From: a virus
Lineage: Duplodnaviria; Caudoviricetes
Virus record (IMG/VR): IMGVR_UViG_3300030376_006356
Location: 1-48,280 of that record
DNA length: 48,280 nt
Reading direction: 5' to 3' (one strand)
Part shown: piece after piece, positions 45,410-48,280 of the stretch
How positions within the stretch are numbered: the stretch's first letter is position 1
Layout of the letters: every line of letters begins with the position of its first letter
Translations under genes and position numbers: made by a program
The notes under the pieces: generated by a model
Database searches by the model: none
What the model was told of the DNA's origin: nothing
The model's input: the letters and a program-made list of their open reading frames with translations, nothing else

Positions 45410-46145
45410 ATATTGTGATACATCTAAACTATCTGTCAGACAAATAGATAAACCAACTGCTAAGAAGATGGTTGTTAAATACCATTACTCTAAACTATGG
45501 ACTAAGTGTAGTGTAGCATTAGGTTTGTTTATTGATACAGGTAAGGAACATTCATTCTTTGATGAGGCTGAAGAGAAAATGGTTGGTGTGATTGTATATG
45601 GAGACCCAATCGGAAGATTGACTGGACAATCCATATCAGATGAAATAAAAAGAACTGAAGTATTGGAACTCACGAGACTATTTATACACGATGGTTATGG
45701 AAGTAATATTGAATCTTGGTTTATATCTCAATCCTTTAATTGGTTACGAAAAAACAAATCAGAAATCAAAGCTCTTATATCCTACGCTTCTCCTGTTGAG
45801 GGACATAGTGGAACAATCTATCAAGCAACGAATTGGATTTATCAAGGTAACAACAATCGTTGGAATGATGGTTGGATATTTAAGTTCGAAGAAGATGGTA
45901 GATGGATTCATGGAAGAACTATCTTCCCACATTACAAAACTAATGACCCATATGAAATACAGAAACAAGTTAACAAAACTTTTTGGATAAGGAAAGAATT
46001 ACAGAAACATAGATATGTTTATATCTTGGCTGGTAAGAGAATAAAGAAGAGGATAATGAAAACATTAAAACATGAAACCTTACCATATCCAAAGTCAAGA
46101 GATACAAATGAATCAGAAATAATAACATTGGAGCCAGTTAAATGA
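45402..46145 (+). CDS. Mom-family adenine-modifying GNAT enzyme
   Basis: KYHYS, GVIVYG, LELTRL, ESWFISQS, LISYA....GHSGTIYQATNWIYQG and KHRYVY motifs. Confidence 0.85.
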   Translation: MDKYCDTSKLSVRQIDKPTAKKMVVKYHYSKLWTKCSVALGLFIDTGKEHSFFDEAEEKMVGVIVYGDPIGRLTGQSISDEIKRTEVLELTRLFIHDGYGSNIESWFISQSFNWLRKNKSEIKALISYASPVEGHSGTIYQATNWIYQGNNNRWNDGWIFKFEEDGRWIHGRTIFPHYKTNDPYEIQKQVNKTFWIRKELQKHRYVYILAGKRIKKRIMKTLKHETLPYPKSRDTNESEIITLEPVK

Positions 46146-46360
46146 AGTATAAAAATAAAGATGGTATTGAATTAAATTACAAAGGTGATGATATACATAG
46201 AGTCTTAGTAAGAGAAGTTATAAGTGAAGCTATTAGGATATTGAACTCACATAATCATTTTGATAGTCAATCAAAGAGTTGGGCTATTGATAGAGGTATT
46301 AATTTTTTAGAAACTAACTTTGATATAAAGGAGGAGTGTAATGAAATTTCTAACTCGTAA
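46142..46360 (+). CDS. Hypothetical protein
   Basis: GGAG RBS; ATGA overlap. Confidence 0.55.
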   Translation: MKYKNKDGIELNYKGDDIHRVLVREVISEAIRILNSHNHFDSQSKSWAIDRGINFLETNFDIKEECNEISNS

Positions 46361-46703
46361 ATTAATAACACCAGCAGATTTAAATCCAAGAGGAACTTTA
46401 CATGGAGGCCAGTTGTTGAAGTGGATTGATGAGGAAGGTGGTATACATGCTGCACTTGAATTACAAACGGGGTTGATAGTAACGAAGTATATTTCAGAAA
46501 TAGATTTTAAATTTCCAGTATTAGAAGGTGATGTAGTAGAGATAGGAATGCAAACTTTAGATATAGGAAAGTCAAGTTGCACATTAGCGTGTGATGTAAG
46601 AAGTCTACAAGCTGATAGAGTTGTATGTTCGATAGATAAGATGGTTTATATCAGAGTGAACAAGTATGGATTACCAAAAGCTCATGGTGGAATGAATGAG
46701 TAA
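46341..46703 (+). CDS. Hotdog-fold acyl-CoA thioesterase (YciA-like)
   Basis: PADLNPRGTLHGGQLLKWIDE, DFKFPV..GD and GKSS motifs. Confidence 0.85.
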   Translation: MKFLTRKLITPADLNPRGTLHGGQLLKWIDEEGGIHAALELQTGLIVTKYISEIDFKFPVLEGDVVEIGMQTLDIGKSSCTLACDVRSLQADRVVCSIDKMVYIRVNKYGLPKAHGGMNE

Positions 46704-46801
46704 ATCTATATATATTCACAAAAAAAAATTTCAAATTTTTCTTCTTTACTTTTTAATGGTTTTGGAGTTTTCAATTATATTTATATAAGGAGGACATAAT
46801 T

Positions 46802-47377
46802 ATGAAGAACAAAAAAAATAAATACATACTAATAACAAAGGACTTACAAAAGAATCTTATAGATTTTTTAGATGAAGTTCAATTAGAAGCAGCTAAACTT
46901 AATACAACTGATAATATGCATATAGTTAATTTCTGTTCGTTTGCAATTGAAGAATTATTAAGTGGACTTGATGCTGAAGTAAAAAAGAAACATAAACCTC
47001 AAAAGAAATCAAGAGACCAATACTTGGATGAAACATTTATGGATTGGAATCTACCTGAGATGTCCGATGAAGAATACAATAAACTTGTAGACCAAGTAGA
47101 TGGATTCTTGAGAGGTTGGGAAAAAGAATATCAAAAGAAACATCCAAACGAACCTATACAAAAGAGACCATACAAACCAGAAGTTGATGATGTAATGGAG
47201 TATTGTTCATTAGATGAGATAATTGATTTTCTTAAAGACGACCCTGAGTTATCTGATGAAGAACGATTCGAATTATATTATGATGAGAGAGATAAAAGAA
47301 GAGAAAAGAAATCAGGTATGTCGTATGAACAATTGTTAAAGAAGTCTGGCGTATTACCACCATCAACTAAGAAATAG
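46802..47377 (+). CDS. Acidic hypothetical protein
   Basis: AAGGAGG RBS preceded by TATATTTATATA. Confidence 0.65.
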   Translation: MKNKKNKYILITKDLQKNLIDFLDEVQLEAAKLNTTDNMHIVNFCSFAIEELLSGLDAEVKKKHKPQKKSRDQYLDETFMDWNLPEMSDEEYNKLVDQVDGFLRGWEKEYQKKHPNEPIQKRPYKPEVDDVMEYCSLDEIIDFLKDDPELSDEERFELYYDERDKRREKKSGMSYEQLLKKSGVLPPSTKK

Positions 47378-48280
47378 TTTCTCTTCTTCATCCTTGATGT
47401 AGTTACCAATATCTTTACCCTTTAATCCTTTAGATATAGCATCCTTTGCTGTAATGGATAACTTCCAATTCCACAACTTCATTATGTATTTGTTGGAGTT
47501 GATATTAACCCATTGTTTAATTTGTGATGTAGTGAGTTTACTATTGTCTTGTAGTTTCTTATATGATGGTAAGTCTTTAATCACTTCAGCTGGTCTTGAT
47601 AACTGAATCAACAATGATATATCCTTAACCTCTTGATTAGTATATTTCAAACTATTTAATTTAGATTTAACTTTATCCACACCATTGGTTTGTAACATAT
47701 ATGCAATCTGTAATTTATAATCATTGGTATCTACTTTTCTATGTAGAACACTTAGTCCAGGAAAGATTTGTTTAAACATTCCCAATGTTCTTAACATTTT
47801 AAAATAGTTGGGAACATTCTTAGCTTTGGTGACACCCTTGATAAATTCATCTCTTATACGCTCCGCTGATACTCCTGATATATCGGAGTTCTGTTTAAGG
47901 GCGCTCCAAGTATCTTTAGTCATCTTACCACCAACACTACCAGCGAATCTAACGGCCCGAAGTTTACGAAGTGGGTCTTCATCAAATCTATCCTCTGCTT
48001 TACCAACGGTTCTGATTTTCTTTTTCTTCAAGTCAGCTATACCACCAACTAAGTCAACGATTTGTTTCTTACCAATATCGTAGAATAAAGCATTGATGGT
48101 TAAGTCTCTTCTCTTAACATCACCTTTAATATCTGTGAAGTCAACTGAATCAGGTCTTCTTCCCTTACCAATATCTTTTCTGAATGTAGCAATCTCGTGT
48201 CCACCTATAATCACAACACCGAATTGTTTTCCAACCTCTACTGATTTGAATCCACCTTGTTTTGCAATATCCAATACTTC
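47363..48280 (-). CDS. cca: tRNA nucleotidyltransferase (CCA-adding/poly(A) polymerase class II), 5' end outside window
   Basis: EIATFR, RRDLTINAL, EDPLRKLRAVRF and SAERIRDE motifs; frame open to the window edge. Confidence 0.85.
   Translation of the reverse strand, partial: EVLDIAKQGGFKSVEVGKQFGVVIIGGHEIATFRKDIGKGRRPDSVDFTDIKGDVKRRDLTINALFYDIGKKQIVDLVGGIADLKKKKIRTVGKAEDRFDEDPLRKLRAVRFAGSVGGKMTKDTWSALKQNSDISGVSAERIRDEFIKGVTKAKNVPNYFKMLRTLGMFKQIFPGLSVLHRKVDTNDYKLQIAYMLQTNGVDKVKSKLNSLKYTNQEVKDISLLIQLSRPAEVIKDLPSYKKLQDNSKLTTSQIKQWVNINSNKYIMKLWNWKLSITAKDAISKGLKGKDIGNYIKDEEEKLFLS

Noticed and set aside
3325-48083. Short antisense and alternate-frame ORFs in the track nested in long genes
   Set aside because: They overlap motif-bearing CDSs, lack RBSs and look like shadow ORFs.
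1-48280. Stop-codon reassignment
   Set aside because: Genes are full length in the standard bacterial code; TAA, TAG and TGA all end genes at sensible boundaries.

Overview
AT-rich, densely coded window that reads as part of a large tailed dsDNA phage genome. This is inferred from long overlapping same-strand operons, a block of tiny early-type ORFs behind repeated promoter cassettes, two tRNAs, CCA-adding enzyme, UvsE, a MoxR-type ATPase, Mom-like genes and no cellular housekeeping operons. Layout: (1) 1-2177: RimK-like ligase end, Cas4-like nuclease, SLOG protein. (2) about 2195-32491: a 30 kb glycan island with about 10 glycosyltransferase-like genes. It carries a full antibiotic-type 2,6-dideoxy/C-methyl sugar gene set, carbamoyl-, amido- and methyl-transferases, a B12 radical SAM enzyme and a kinase-aldolase/NTP-transferase/HAD module, but no flippase, polymerase or exporter. 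(3) 32.5-40 kb: small ORFs and tRNA-Ala, with five geometrically identical TGTTACA-N3-TGTTACA promoter cassettes (35.3-40.5 kb) and a four-box MraZ-like operator. (4) 40.0-41.9 kb: a non-canonical tRNA-Gly(UCC), a structured non-coding trailer and two terminators that display anti-Shine-Dalgarno loops. (5) 42.7-46.7 kb: a UvsE / HNH / PD-(D/E)XK-like / DUF4338 / Mom operon. (6) a partial CCA-adding enzyme on the minus strand. The best candidate for a new system is a dedicated, EF-Tu-evading tRNA-Gly acting as glycyl donor for two Mom-superfamily DNA-modifying enzymes, paired with nucleases. All family calls are from motif recognition by eye; no searches were run.
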